A stretch of DNA of 64,000 nucleotides from Octopus sinensis (taxonomy: Eukaryota). Position numbers and translations under genes: made by a program. The DNA is taken from positions 60,760,001 through 60,824,000 of the forward strand of contig NC_043007.1 of NCBI RefSeq assembly GCF_006345805.1, given 5' to 3'. The notes under the pieces were generated by a model. That model did no database searches, was not told the origin of the DNA, and was given only the letters and a program-made list of their open reading frames with translations. Shown here piece after piece: positions 1 through 13,233 of the stretch; position 1 is the stretch's first letter; each line of letters opens with the position of its first letter.

Positions 1-26
1 TTAATGATGATGATGATAATGATGAT

Positions 27-81
<55 letters not shown>

Positions 82-468
82 GTTTCAAGTTTTGGCACAA
101 GGCCAGGAATTTTGGGGGTGAGCAGAAGTTGTAGGGGAGCATTATAGCCATGTGTTGAAAGAAATTCTTTGGAGTCGGAATAATTAACTTCTGGAAACAT
201 GAGTATTTCGTTCAACATTCTTAAACAACCCTTATCCAAGGACCTTTTGAGAGGGATGGGCTACTCGACCTGAAGAAAATTCTAGCTGGGCCCCATCTGC
301 AAGATCATATGTTGTTCATTTTGATATGAGATCACCTTGTCATGCACATATGGTTGTGATGCAAGTGCTTGGCGTACCCTTGTCAGATAAGGAGTCATGA
401 TAGGTATACTGGGCCGTCGTATATTTTACCCCAGTGTCACTTTGATGGCATGTACTGCTCTCTCACTC

Positions 469-566
469 AATGATGATGATGATTATGATGATGATGAGAA
501 GAAGAAGAAGAAGAAGAAGAAGAAGAAGAAGAACAACAACAACAACAACAACAACAACAATAATAA
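469..566. repeat. Compound microsatellite (GAT)n(AAG)n(AAC)n
   Basis: Directly visible. Representative of many (TA)n, (CA)n, (GA)n, (GAT)n and (AAT)n tracts, e.g. 1-80, 7855-7915, 13437-13537, 36340-36500, 57279-57321. Confidence 0.95.
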
Positions 567-823
567 ATTGATTAAATAATAATTGATTTAAACATTAACA
601 AAATCAATTTTTTAAAACTTATGATTTCAAAAGTTTTATTGACTATTTTACTTTAGAGAATGAATAGTTTTTAAAATAGTTAGTTTATCACTTACACCAC
701 CACCTTCAACACATTATCACCACCACTAGGGGTGGTGGTGATGGTGGTGGTGAGGATAATGATGATGATGAGGAGGACAATGATGATGATGATAGTCAAG
801 ATCAAAAGGTATTAGGTATTTAA

Positions 824-1008
824 CCCTTTAGCATTCAGATTACCCTTTTAAATGTAATACATATTCACATTGTTTTGAATTAATTAATACCTTTGACAAT
901 GTGATTGTTTGCTTTTAATATGACATTGTAGGGTAGGTGTGATATGGCTAGTTTTAACAAAACAGGTAGCATATTTTGGCATATATGGCTAGTTTAAATG
1001 CTAAAGGG
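824..1008. mobile_element. piggyBac-type MITE (family P1)
   Basis: TTAA|CCCTTTAGCATT...AATGCTAAAGGG|TCAA; internally similar to 33575-33782. Confidence 0.8.
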
Positions 1009-1044
1009 TCAAACAGGAAAATGAGACACTGAGAATACTCTTAC

Positions 1045-1113
1045 TGGTTTTTGTCTAGGTGATTCCAACTCTATAACTTCAACATTTACAATATAGATTA
1101 CTCCAATTTCATA
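1045..1113 (-). CDS. Cystatin-fold gene exon 4 (gene continues beyond window start)
   Basis: ttcctttttacag|TAT...CCA|gtaaga, 69 nt, phase 0-0. Encodes YEIGVIYIVNVEVIELESPRQKP, resembling the cystatin 'xxxGxxYxLxVEV' strand. Confidence 0.65.
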
Positions 1114-2339
1114 CTGTAAAAAGGAAAAAAAGGAAAAAACGTCAGTGTAAAATAAATGTTTTAAAATTTAGAGGACAGTTATAGAATACTCTTGTTCTTC
1201 CATTTTCTGACCCATCTTGGGCCTTCTGATATGATTATTCATCTTCTACAGTTTTTCTCCTTGGTCACCTATGCAAATGTACATTCCTTAATTTACTGAA
1301 TACTCTCTAAATCTGTCATGGGTAAACTGCAGCCCATGGCGCTTTCTGGATTACATGCCAATGAAAAATTACCTGGAATATTTTCAGTAATGCAGCCTGC
1401 CTGATGATGGGTCATGTCTCATGCAGCTTGCCCATGCCTATTCTATACCTTTTTTTACTCCCTTATCCCCACCTCTCTAATAAACATTTATTACCTTCCT
1501 CTCCTCATTGTTCCATTTCCAAATTTACTGTGTAAAAGGTACCACCCACCGCCTGTTCATATTGCAAAATAGTTGACTAAAAAAGTACAGAAAGGGTAGA
1601 TTAATAGGTGCCTCTAGACCTGTCTAACAGGACTATTCAAGCTTTCTAGTGTCGATGCAGAGTACACTCTGTAAATTGGTTGACATTAGGAAAGGGATCC
1701 AACCATAGAAACCAGGCCTAATGGCAAGTATGAGCACCTAGTCTTTGAAAGCTTTGGCTCCAAATGCCAATAGGGAAAGGAGACATAAGATGATAATGAT
1801 GACGATGATGATGACAACAGCAGCAACAAGGATGACAATGATGATGATGATGATCATGATCATCATCATGACATCATGGTATCTAAATGTGTACTACATT
1901 TAGTGTACTAAATGTGTACTACATCATGACATCATGGTATCTAAATGTGTACTACACCACAAATGCAGGCATTATCAACAGCACCTGCTACGTGAAAAAT
2001 ATATATATATATAGATTTTTAACATCTGTTGTCCATGCTGGCAATGCTCAATATATATATTCTTTCAGTTTCCACCTACCAAATCTGCTCATAAGGTTTT
2101 GGTCAGCCAGTGGCTATAGTAGTAGACATTTGCCCAAGGTTTCTGGTAGTAAGACTGAATCTGAAACCATGCAGTTGGGAAGCAAATTTTTTAACAAAAC
2201 AGCTAATACCTGTGTGTATATGAAATATTATGCAACTACAACAGATGACCACTCTATTCCCACTGGTTTAGTTGTGTTGGTGTATATAGCATTAAAATGA
2301 AGAACGATCAATTATTTGTTTTTTAAAATAAATGCAGTA

Positions 2340-5300
2340 GACTTTCAAAGAAAGCGAATGAAGATTTAAAATAATTCTCTGTTCAATAAAATGTCCAATA
2401 CGAATGTATTGAATTTTGGTGTTAATGAGGCTGGAACTAATGGTGAAGGTCTTTCACTCAGCAGGTGTCATGTGGTTGGGCAGCACAGGCATGGTTGTCA
2501 TTCAGAGAGAGCTTATATTTAATGATAGAAGCAGAGAAAAAGATGGGACAAGGAGGTAAATTGAACAGTAATTGAGTGCTGAATCAGAAGTGAACCCAGT
2601 AGAAGGGGGTTTGAAAATGCATGAAATCAAAATGGAATAGTACTCTTTGAGATAAGTGAGCAATAGTTAGTCAATCAGGTAAGAGCAATAAGAACAAATG
2701 GGTGGTTAACAGACATGGAGATTGAAGAAATAAAAAGGCAAATAGAAAACAAAGATAATACTGCACCAGTAAATAGCGTGCCTACTAAGGACAGAGAAAT
2801 GAACAGTGACTGTGAAAATGTAGGGCAAGATGTAAATGGATTGCCAGAAAATTAAGCAGAAGTAATGGAAAGAGCTATACGATGATGATCAACATGATAT
2901 TGTGAGGATAACATGCCAATATATTAGAGAAGGCCAGGATCATACACTTCCCAATCTAAAAACAGAAATGGGAAAAAAACAATACTGTTGTTTGACAATT
3001 TCAGATGGGAAATATAATTGAAACCAACAAGATTATCAGGGTTGCAGCAAAAATGAAAACATAAAAATAAGAACATATAGAATAAAAAATAAAGGATTTT
3101 ACATAATATTGGAAAAATTGAAACAAAGAGCAGTAGTAATCAAGGCAAAATTGGAAAGATATGACAATAGAACAAAACAATTGAGGCAGAACAAATTATA
3201 TGAATCCAATGAGAGAAAACTGTTTGAGGAATTAGATGGACAATTACACCCAACATTGGTATCTAAAGCTTTTTGGTGGTGGTGGTGGGGAATCTGGGAT
3301 CAACCTGTAGAGCATAATGATAATGCAGAGTGACTGCATGCAATCCAAAATAGGTTAAGAAAATAGGTCAAGACAACATAAAAACAAAAACAGAAATGAT
3401 AAAAAGACATAAGTAAAATACCAAATTGGAAGAACCCAAGGCCAGATGGTGTCCAAGGATATTGGATGAAGAAACTAGGAGGACTCCATGAAAGGATAGC
3501 AGAATAGATGGATAAGTGCTTGCAGGAAGGCTCAGTGCCCAGCTAGATAACAAAAAGAAAGACAATGTTATGCATCAAAGATCTTAACATATCCTTTATC
3601 TTTTATTATATATGTTCTTTCCAGCCTTATTTTTATGTTTCCATTCATTACTGCAACCCTAATAATCTTGTTGGTCTCAGCTATATTTCAAGTATCCAAC
3701 TTCCAACCAACTTCTGCTAATGTGGAAGCTACTCTCAGGTGTTTTAGCCAGTGAATTGTATGGATACTTTGAAAAACGTGGGCTGCTACTGATTGAACAG
3801 AATGGGTATCAAAAAAAGAGCCAGAGAATGAAAGATCAGCTATTTATTGACAAGCTAATCATCAGAAATTGCAAGAGAAGGCACACAAATTTGAGCATGG
3901 CATGGACTGAATATCATAAAGGATGTGATATGATATCATACTCTTGGATAACAAGAACTATGGAAATGTATGGAGTAAAAGAAGACATGAGAAACCGTAT
4001 ATGGAACAGTATGAAATTTTGGAGATCTGAATTGACAGCAGAGAATCAGGTGTAAGGAGAAGTGAAAATTAGGAGAGGGATCTTTCAGAGGAACAGTGTA
4101 TCCCCATTGATCTTTGTGCTGGGAATAATTCCCTTGAGTGAAATACTGTGGAAGACAAAGTTGGTGTATGATCTGGAAAGTGGTAAAGGAAAGCTTAATG
4201 ACCTGCTATTTATGGATGTTTTGAGGTTGTTCACAAAAACTTAGATAGAACTGAACAGTCTAGTCCAGTCTGTGAAGACTTGGAATTTGGACTTCCAAAA
4301 TGTGCTGTAACTGTGATGAGATGAGAAAAGTTTGTCAGAACAGAAGGTATATGTATATCAAGTGGTGAAATGATGAAGGCAATTAAACCTGAATCTAAAT
4401 ATAAATATTTGAAAATACTTGAGGCAGATGTAATTAAGCATGATGATATGAAAGAAAAGACAAAGAAAGGGTATCTTTGGTAATTGAGAAAGATATGAAT
4501 TTAAAGTTGAATGCCAGAAATATAACTTCAGCAATAAACTCACGTGAAGTTGTAGTGGTTCAGTATGGATCTGGAATTCTGAAGTGGTCAGAAGATGAGC
4601 AAAAGGAGTTGGACAGGAAGACAAGAAAGCTCCTAACCCTGCTTGGAACCCATCATCCATGTGCAGACATTGATTGTCTATATATTAAGAGAACAAATGT
4701 AAGAAGGGGACTGATAAATGTGGAAGACTGCATGCATATTGAACATGGGAACTTGCTGAGATATCTAACCCAAAGTGGCAGTTAGAGAGTAGGGCATATT
4801 GTAGAATGGGAAAAAAAAGAACAAAACAAGAAGACATGAAGAAGCCCTACTCAATTCCACATAGTCACAACTGAAGCTGCTGGAGAACATAGGTGAGACT
4901 GGTTAAAGCAAGGAACACATAAAAAAGTGGCTGAGAGTACTATACTTGCAATGCAAGACCAAGCTTTGGCCACAAATTGGAGGGTCAATCTAAGGAATAA
5001 GCAAGTGTCTCCATTGTGCCAAATTTGGAATGTATTTGATAAAACCATTACTTATACTGAGAATGAATGGCCTCAATTTGCCCAAGACCAATATAAGTTG
5101 TGGTGACATGATAGGGCATTGAGACTGCTACACTGGAAACTGAAAACTGAGGATTAGAGAGAGGCAAGATGTGATACAAACACAAACAAGAGAGTGGTTG
5201 AATCAGAGACCTGCAAAATCCTGAGAGATTTTCCAATCCAAATGGATTATGTACTTCAGCAAAACAAGCTGGACCTAATGGTGGTGGACAAGGTAAATGA

Positions 5301-5680
5301 TATATGCTCTATAATTGATGTTGCGAACCTCTTTGACTCATGATTAGTTAAGAAGGAAGGCAAAAAAAATAGACATATATACAATCTTCTTAAATACAAA
5401 ATAACTTGACTGTGGAAAATGAAAAAGGTGAAGATAGTGCCTATTATTGTTGGGGCCTTAAGGACAAATTCAGGAGATGTTAAGAAGAATATAAAGGAAA
5501 CAGGAATATAGTGCTCAGCTGCACTGTTGCAAAAAGTTTGCTTTCTTGGCATGGCCAGAATCATCAGGAAAGTATAATATAGTTAGAGAGAACAGATAGC
5601 ATTGTACTGTAGACTGTAGGCAGCCTGCCCAGTACTCATGCAAGACTCTAGGAGTTCCAACAGAACCTAAGTTGAAAAAA
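2340..5680 (+). mobile_element. Degenerate R4/Dong-like (RT + restriction-like endonuclease) non-LTR retrotransposon
   Basis: Fragments WKLLSGVLASELY, KDQLFIDK, NLSMAW, KIRRGIFQ..S.SPL.F, LLFMD, ELDRKTRKLL, AMQDQAL and KLDLMVVDK..IIDVA..FD, with many stops. Ends at (TGA/TAA)n. Confidence 0.85.
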
Positions 5681-5959
5681 TGATGATGATAATAATAATG
5701 GTTTCTGATTTAGGCATATGACCAGCAATTTGTGAGAAGGTTGGTCAATTATATCAACCACAATATATGACCAGTGCTTTGTCTTATCAACCCCAAAGGG
5801 ATGAAAAGCAAAACTGATTTCAGAAGGATTTTAACTCATATTATAAAGATTTGGAATAATAACGGCAAAGCATTTCCCCAAAATTTTTATGAAAAATATA
5901 TTAGCAACAGAGGAAATATTAATACTGAGAGATAATATTTATTCCCATTTAAACATGGA

Positions 5960-6115
5960 TCTTTGGCGTTAGGAAGGGCATCCAGTTGTAGAAACATTGC
6001 CAGATAAGACCGGAGCCTGGTGCAGCCTTCTGGCTTCCCAGATCCCCGATCAAACCGTCCAACCCATGCTAGCATGGAGAACGGACGTTAAACGATGATG
6101 ATGATGATGATGATC
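5960..6115 (+). mobile_element. SINE family B 3' end with RTE-like (GAT)n tail
   Basis: ttggcgttaggaagggcatccag...aacccatgctagcatggagaacggacgttaaacgatgat. Other approximate copies: 20654-20795(-), 24475-24660(-), 27400-27540(+), 34975-35355(-), 35590-35860(+), 42945-43300(-). Confidence 0.8.
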
Positions 6116-6123
6116 TTCAGTTA

Positions 6124-6445
6124 GAACAAACTTTACTGTGGTAGATACCATGAGAGAAACTCTCATATAAGCTTTTGGTGCAAAATATGCTGCTAGTTTT
6201 TATCGCAAGTAGGGAGATAATTTTTCTATATATCGCTGGTAGGGAGATGAGTCATTGCTATCTCTAGTGATCAAGCATCCATCACAGATGAGACCAAGGG
6301 AGGTTGAAATCACATGATCTGATGGTCTCGGCACTGGAGTTGGTGGGGTTTACCTCCTCACTAGCAATATAAACAAGAATGCATTTTGCACCAAAAGCTA
6401 ATCTTAGAGTCTCTCTCATGGTATCTACCACAGTAATGTTTGTTC
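6124..6445. mobile_element. Foldback/MITE-like element with long imperfect inverted repeats
   Basis: gaacaaactttactgtggtagataccatgagagaaactct...agcttttggtgcaaaat pairs with attttgcaccaaaagct...agagtctctctcatggtatctaccacagtaatgtttgttc. Confidence 0.75.
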
Positions 6446-6611
6446 AAACAGAACATCCATATTTAAGCAGGAATAGAAAATTTTGATGGTGATGATAATG
6501 ATGAAGATGATTTCTTATATAAACATGAACCACCATAAATAAACAGGAAAGGAAACAGGAATTTGTAGTGGTTATATTTTCCCTAAGTGTTCTTAATAAG
6601 TAAAAGATTAC

Positions 6612-6833
6612 CTTTTTATAAGCCTTGAGAATTTTAACCAATCTGCGATCATATTTTTTCAGAGACATATTCAAGAATGGCTTTAGGGATTGTATCTCAT
6701 GCCGTTTGATATTGATGGAAGGTGCTGGAATCTTTTTACTTTTTGATGTTACATATTTAAAGCAGGTGTACTTTTCCAAGGTAAAATTAGTCTCATTGTA
6801 GATGTTCAGGTAGAATGTACATTCATGACCATA
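6612..6833 (-). CDS. Cystatin-fold gene exon 3 (end of domain 1, start of domain 2)
   Basis: tttttttattgcag|TAT...AAG|gtaatc, 222 nt. Encodes YGHECTFYLNIYNETNFTLEKYTC (cystatin C-x-F...L-x4-C pattern) ... RRLVKILKAYKK. Confidence 0.7.
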
Positions 6834-7284
6834 CTGCAATAAAAAAAATATTAATCTAATGGTCATATAATTACATGGTAGATTAATACAGATACTTCCC
6901 AGGGACAGGTTTAGAAGTTATAGTTCTCTAGTTCAAATCCTAACCTGATCAGCTAAGTTTTCCATTTATCAGCACCAGTACTTTTTAAAGTGGGCAGGAC
7001 TCTCCACTAGCTGGGTGGTTAAAATTTTATTTGGGTATAGGGATAAAGTGGGAAGACAGAGGTGTAAGTGATGTACAGTTATTTTTAATTTTAGTCTTTT
7101 GTCTTCTATTTAAATATTCTATAAAATCTTTTAAATGCTATATTATTATAAACTGCCTGTTATTCACAATCACAACAACAATAACAAGACTTTGAAATAT
7201 GAATGAGTAAATAATAAAAAAAACAAATATTTACCACCAATACATGTAAATTGTAAATAGTAAACAAAATTAAAATTTAAAAGG

Positions 7285-7852
7285 CTGGCTTCGTGCTCTT
7301 GTTTGATAGGGCTAGGATCATTCCAAGTTAGTGATCTCAAAGGTGTCATCATGTGTAGAGCCAATCAGGTCCACTAGTGCTCTCCATTGCTGGCGATCCT
7401 GTGCCAGCCGCTTTGCATCCTTCAAAGTAATGTTGAGCCTCTGAAAATCTTCCTCAGTCATGTCCAGCCATCTGGTGTGAGGCCCACCATGAGGCCTCAT
7501 CCTGCAGTTGCTGTATCAAATAAGAGTAAAGCCCTAGTAGAATGATCTAGCGAGAAATGGAGGACATGTCCTTACCAGTGCATGCAACACATAGCTATGA
7601 CGTGGGAGGCTGCAGACTGATACATGCACACATGCAGTTCTTAGTTGGAAATGTGATGATACCATCCAATGTTCTTGATAATTCTCAGGGCTCTGTTGTC
7701 AAAGCTGTCAATCCTCTTTGCTAGCGTCTTCAAGGGGGGGGGCACATTTCTGCTCCATGGAGGAAAATAGAGAGGACTGATGCATTGTAGATGCAGAGCT
7801 TTGTCTTCTGGTGGGATAGAGCAGTGGTGCCAGAGGAGCTTTCATGGAGAAG
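7285..7852 (-). mobile_element. RTE-type LINE 3' fragment
   Basis: RPHGGPHTRWLD..EED...AKRLAQDRQQWRALV matches the RTE C-terminal 'RGRP..RW.D...A.DR..WR' pattern. Confidence 0.7.
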
Positions 7853-7907
<55 letters not shown>

Positions 7908-9090
7908 CAGAGAGAGGTTATGAGAGATAATGGTGTCAGTAAGACCCAAAGGTGTCAGGTAATGCTGAGTAAATGCTATGAATAGACCATAGTTAAGCTC
8001 CAGGTTTGGTGATTATGCAAATAAGGAGTCCAACGTAGGTCATATATCAGTGTGTGTATATATAAAAATGTTTTTTTTTCAGAATGAGATAAAAAATCGA
8101 GGCAGTGAAGATTTTAGAACATTTATAAATAGAATGTCTTACAGCTGATTCCAGGATATTTATTATATCCCTTCATCGAATGGGCAAGCTTATTTATAAA
8201 ACAAATTTCTTTCAGTTTCCATCAACCAAATCCACTCACAAGGTTTTGGTCAACCTGGAGTTATAATAGGAGAGACTTGCACACCTAGCACGCAATAGAA
8301 CTGAACTTGAAACCATATGGTTGGAAAGCAAACTTCTTAACCACACAGACGTGCCTGCTCTTATATCTTAGTTTTAGAACATGTACACCATATCCTATAC
8401 AGTAAACCCAAGAATATTGGTTACTTGCAATGCACTAACTGGTTGTCTCTTTTACATAGATTGCTTGAATAAAGGTCACCAAAGTTTTCTCTGAAAGAAT
8501 TATTTTAAAATCACAAAGCAACAAATGTTTCTAGATTGAAATGACTCCTGTGTATAATTGATGCTTACTATAGGCATAGGTAGGCATGACTGCATGGTAA
8601 AAAGCTTGCTTCCCAACCACATGGCTCTGGATTCAGTTCCAAAGCCCTGTGAGTAGATTTGGTAGACGAAAACTGAAAGAAATCCATCGCACGCACACAC
8701 ACATATAAGTGCATGTATGTGTGTGTGCATGTGTCTTTGTATCTGTACTTGTCCCCCACCACCACTTGACAACCAATGTTGGTGTGTTTACATCCCTGTA
8801 ACTTAGCAGTTTGGCAAAAGAGATCGATAGAATAAGTACCAGACTTAAAAAATGGATTCATTTGACTAAACATTCCTCAAGGCGATGTCCCAGTATGGCC
8901 GTAGTCTAATGATTGAAACAAGTAAAAGATTTTTATTGATCTTTTAAAATGATGAAAGTCAAAGTTATGTTGGTAAAACATAAACCAATGGCATCTTCGA
9001 AAGTATTTGGTCTCATGCACAACCATTTCTACTATACCACTACCTCTGGAATATTCTGAGAGATTAACAACAGAAAGAACCCATACATAC

Positions 9091-9156
9091 CTCCAGCTTC
9101 ATCTCCTTCTTTGAAGCTACTTGACAAACAATCCGTACCATTTCCTCTTCTCCATG
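9091..9156 (-). CDS. Cystatin-fold gene exon 2
   Basis: ttttatatttttag|CAT...GAG|gtatgt, 66 nt, phase 0-0. Encodes HGEEEMVRIVCQVASKKEMKLE. Confidence 0.6.
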
Positions 9157-12100
9157 CTAAAAATATAAAATAAAAGAAAATTAAATAAACAATAATGGCA
9201 GAAAATTTCTTGATATTAATCTTCTTTTGATTTTTAATGATTTGGACCCAGTCCCACTGCATGGGACCTTGGGCAGGTGTCTTCTACTATAGCCCCAGGG
9301 CAACTAAAACATTGGGTGGAGGTTTGTGTGATGGACACCAAAGAAGCCCACTCTGTGTGTGTGTGTGTGTATATATAATATCAATAATAAAGAATATGGA
9401 GACTTGTACATCCACAAAATTTATTTTATAGTTATATACAACATATTATAATGACTTACATGTGTTTTTATTTGACTACTCACTGTTACAAATTGTCCGT
9501 GCAGCTTCATCAGGGTCTGTCCATTTGGTCATCCTCAAAGTAAACTGACTGAAGTAAATTTTTGTTAGTGTTCTGTGGAAGGTGGGAGTGTTGTTATTTA
9601 TAGGTATGTCCTGCTGACCTCAACTTCACTCCAGTTGCTGTTTGAAATTAGGGCTTAATTTAGAATAGGTCAAGATCAAGATTATTGTTTTTGTAAGGTA
9701 AAAGGCTTAAGGGAAGCCAACTTCTTGTTACAGAGGTTGCATCCAGATCAATGGACAAATATGCTTATGATCTAATGAAACAACTCTCAACCTCTGGAAA
9801 AAACAGGATGAAAGCCCTAAAGGCAATATCAGAGACAGTGGAGAGATGTTCCAGCTGGATCTGATCAAGGAGGAACAAAAATGACCTCCATACTGTTTGA
9901 AGGCAATATTTTTGTATGGTAAGTTTGGCTTGTCTCTTGGTGTGTGGTTACTTCAATCTGTTTGAGCTATCAGAAGTAGTGATGTTTCTGATGCAACTTT
10001 TATATGCTGCTTTGTTTAACAGTTGGCAGTATTTGTTTGAACTGGAAATACTTTTATTTTTAACATTAGGAAGTTTCTATCTTAATTGAACAGTATAATC
10101 ATACTTAAGGGGAGACTGAACAAGGTGATTTTTCTTTTTTCTGTTTTTTTGTTCTTCTCTTTCTATTGTTTTTACAGTTTCTCCCTCAATTCATGAATGA
10201 TTTCATGGCTATAAGTTGATTTCACTTGACATCACATGGTGGCTGTAAATAAGCTTCACCATCAAACAAAATGATAATTGTTTCCAATCTTCCATGAGGA
10301 ACATGTCTGATGATGATGATGGTGGTGGTGGTGATGATGTTGATGACAATGATGATGATGACGATAACAACGAGAAGAAGAAGAAGAAGAAGAGGAGGAG
10401 GACGATGACGATAGAGAAGGTATTCATTTGGTATGCTGTTTGGAAAATACTCACTAACTGTTACATCTAACAGAATAAATTTTAGGCTTGACATGACATG
10501 TCTTTGATGATATTCTGAGTATAAAAAAGTCAGGTGATGAGCTATTTTCTTATCAGTATAAGCAATTGCTGATATATAGGCTAAAAGGGTGAATTGCTGA
10601 ACCTGAATATGCCTGGAAATAGATTCAGCACTCTAGACTATACATAGATGACAGGCCTGCAATCTTAAGCTACATAAATGATTACAGCTTAAAAACTAAA
10701 AAAAAAATTGAATAGAATTAAAGAAATCTATATCTATAAAACAGTCCTTGGACAAAAATTGTATGCACATTTTGCTTTGATGATTAATTGGCAGGGATAC
10801 TAAATGCATGGTGAGGATGAGACCCACAATGGTTAAAATTTTCAAGCTATAAAGATATGCTTGCTATGGCAAAAAGAGTGATTTTTTTATCGATTCAAGA
10901 GGGCCCAGATCCCCTCTAGGTTTGTGCGGTTGGCTTTTAATGCCCAGTGGCATGCACTGCAGGCTGTTGTGCTTAATAAACATACATTTTGTCGTGAAAT
11001 TCCAGCTACTAGGAAACGATTTTTCATTGCCCTCATTTTCGATTTAATCTTTTTATAAAAGTGAAAGGATTTCGTCTATTTATTTCTGCTGTCCACTTAC
11101 GACGGTGATTCAGTTGACTAGGAAAACTATACGTGATGAATATCCAATACCAAACTATTTTAATCTACATATTGAAACTGCATTAAACTTTGGCAAGCTT
11201 ACCTTTACCTATTCTGAGTTACTTGAAAAGTGATGTTCCCTTCCCTCTCTTCTGATTGTTGATACCTTTTTTTTTTAACCTTTGATACTGTTGTTTCACT
11301 TTAAGGATACTTCTTTACCCAGCCATTATGATATTTCGACTGCTGTTCATTGTTTCAAATAGGTTTTAACATTGTCATTCTAGCCTTTTTTTAAACACTC
11401 ACATATGATTCATCCCAAAGAATCAACCTTTGCTTCCACTAGCAAAAGCTATCCGTATCTTTCAGGAAGCTCCATACCAATTTAACTTTATGCAGCATTC
11501 ACTGTTAGTTTATGTGTACGCTATGTGGGAAGATAGAATAAAGGGGCTTTTGTTAGCTTTTCTCTCCGAAAAAAATAGCTCCCTTTGCTGTTGAAAAAAA
11601 TAAACTCACAGAGAGGAAGTTTCAACATCTTCCTTCAATTTCCTTACACCATTTATGTGGCTGTTTCTGACAAGAAATTTCACTTTCATGTAAAACAACT
11701 ATATTTTGTAGTCATTATCCGTAATCTACTCCCCAAACACTTCAGTAGTTCTACTTTACATCGCTTGCAAACTTATATGTTCTATGATAATCAAAGTGCA
11801 ATGACCTCCACAATAACCAGCCTTCAATTTGATTTTTCGTTCCTAGGTTAATCGGAAACAGATTGCCATGCTACACATAAACCTTCTCGGTAGTTCAATT
11901 ATTTGGTGAAAAAAATATCACGAAAGCAACTTAAACCGCCCAAAGGATGGGTGTGTTTGCTAGTTTAACCTAAAAGTTATCATAAAAACTAACATAAGCA
12001 CCATTAACTATTTTAGACTTGGTAAGTAGCATCTTTAAAGAAAACCAAATGAAGATCTATGCTACACTAAAAGAACTTCTAATTACCCAACTGTAACAAT

Positions 12101-13017
12101 ACTATTAAAGAAATATAATCAGGAACATTAGTAAAAGAATATCCTTCAGTGAAAATATATATTTAATCATACTGGTTATTAGTACAATCTTCCACTGATT
12201 AATTTCAGGAAATTAGGTAAGTGAATAAAATTTTGTGGAGTTAGTAACCTAACATATTGTAACCTCACATATTGCCTTGAGGAATGTACAAAAACAGAAA
12301 CTTCTTCAGATGAGTGAAGAAGTGAAAACGTAACTTTTAATGTGTGTGTGTGTGTATGCATGTGTATGTGTGTACACACAAGATTCCAAGCCCTGGATTG
12401 ATGGCTATAACAAAAATTATCTTTGTCTTTACCTTTTCTACTACTGACAGGAGAAAGTGTTCTCTGCAACATGAACAATTATTTTGGACAGAACAAATCC
12501 ATCAGATTAGAAAGACTGTTCGTTTAGGAGAGGAGAAGTTCTGATTTGAAACTTCTGCTACCTTGTGGCCAGACTCATCCATGAGAAAGACTGAGAGTCA
12601 ACTCTAAGGATAAATCCAGACCCAGCCAGCTGGTCAGTCAGCCAGCCAGTTAGCCTTGTGAGTCAGCCTGCCAGCCAGACAACTAGGGAGAGAGAGGGGG
12701 AGAGGGAGAGGAAGAGAGAGAGAGAGAGCGATTAATAGTTCGATAGACAGATAGATAGATAGTCGACAGACAAATATACATACATATGGACACACAAACA
12801 CTTAAAAAGAAACATATATACACATACATATCTATGTAACATTGGAATAAAAGTTTTTATAAGTAACCACTCATTACGAAAACATAAGGTGGCATCTTAT
12901 CTCTGAAATATCATTCAAAAGAAACAAATTTGCCATGTAAAAAAAACTTAATTAAACAATCAAAAACAAAAATGGAAAAGTTATCTTCTAAAAGAATAAC
13001 AAGAACAAAATACTGAC

Positions 13018-13233
13018 CCATTTTTGTGCTTCCACAACTGATGTAAGATGGAGAGATGAATATGCATTATTCTTTATTGCACATGGACAAATAATATGAG
13101 AAACAGCATAATTAGCTGCTTTCTGGACAAAAGAAGTGTTCACATCTAAATTTTCAATTTTGAGCAACCCAAAGACACAAACAAAAAGTAATGTGAGCAG
13201 TACTGGCTTTCCACACATTGAGCAAGAATCCAT
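13018..13233 (-). CDS. Secreted multi-domain cystatin-fold protein, exon 1 (signal peptide + helix/strand of domain 1)
   Basis: Encodes MDSCSMCGKPVLLTLLFVCVFG-LLKIENLDVNTSFVQKAANYAV...LHLTSVVEAQKW, donor |gtcagt. Hydrophobic leader; cystatin-like 'LDVN..VQKAA.YAV' and 'VV.AQK' patterns. Start could also be 13218. Confidence 0.7.

Noticed and set aside
397-579. Poly-D/K/N, poly-M/V, CVCV, YIYI and poly-Q ORFs (also 13343, 36294-36652, 62781 etc.)
   Set aside because: Translations of microsatellites and SINEs with no coding signal.
9484-9572. Possible extra cystatin-gene exon (cag|AACACT...AACA|gtgagt), also containing CTGATGA
   Set aside because: The only open frame is phase 2->1, incompatible with neighbouring phase-0 exons, and no GAAA core follows for a hammerhead.
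10900-11950. CpG-containing segment with weak inverted ends (tttgtgcggtt / aaccgcccaaa)
   Set aside because: Match too short and no TSD or coding remnant recognised; may be an unclassified repeat.
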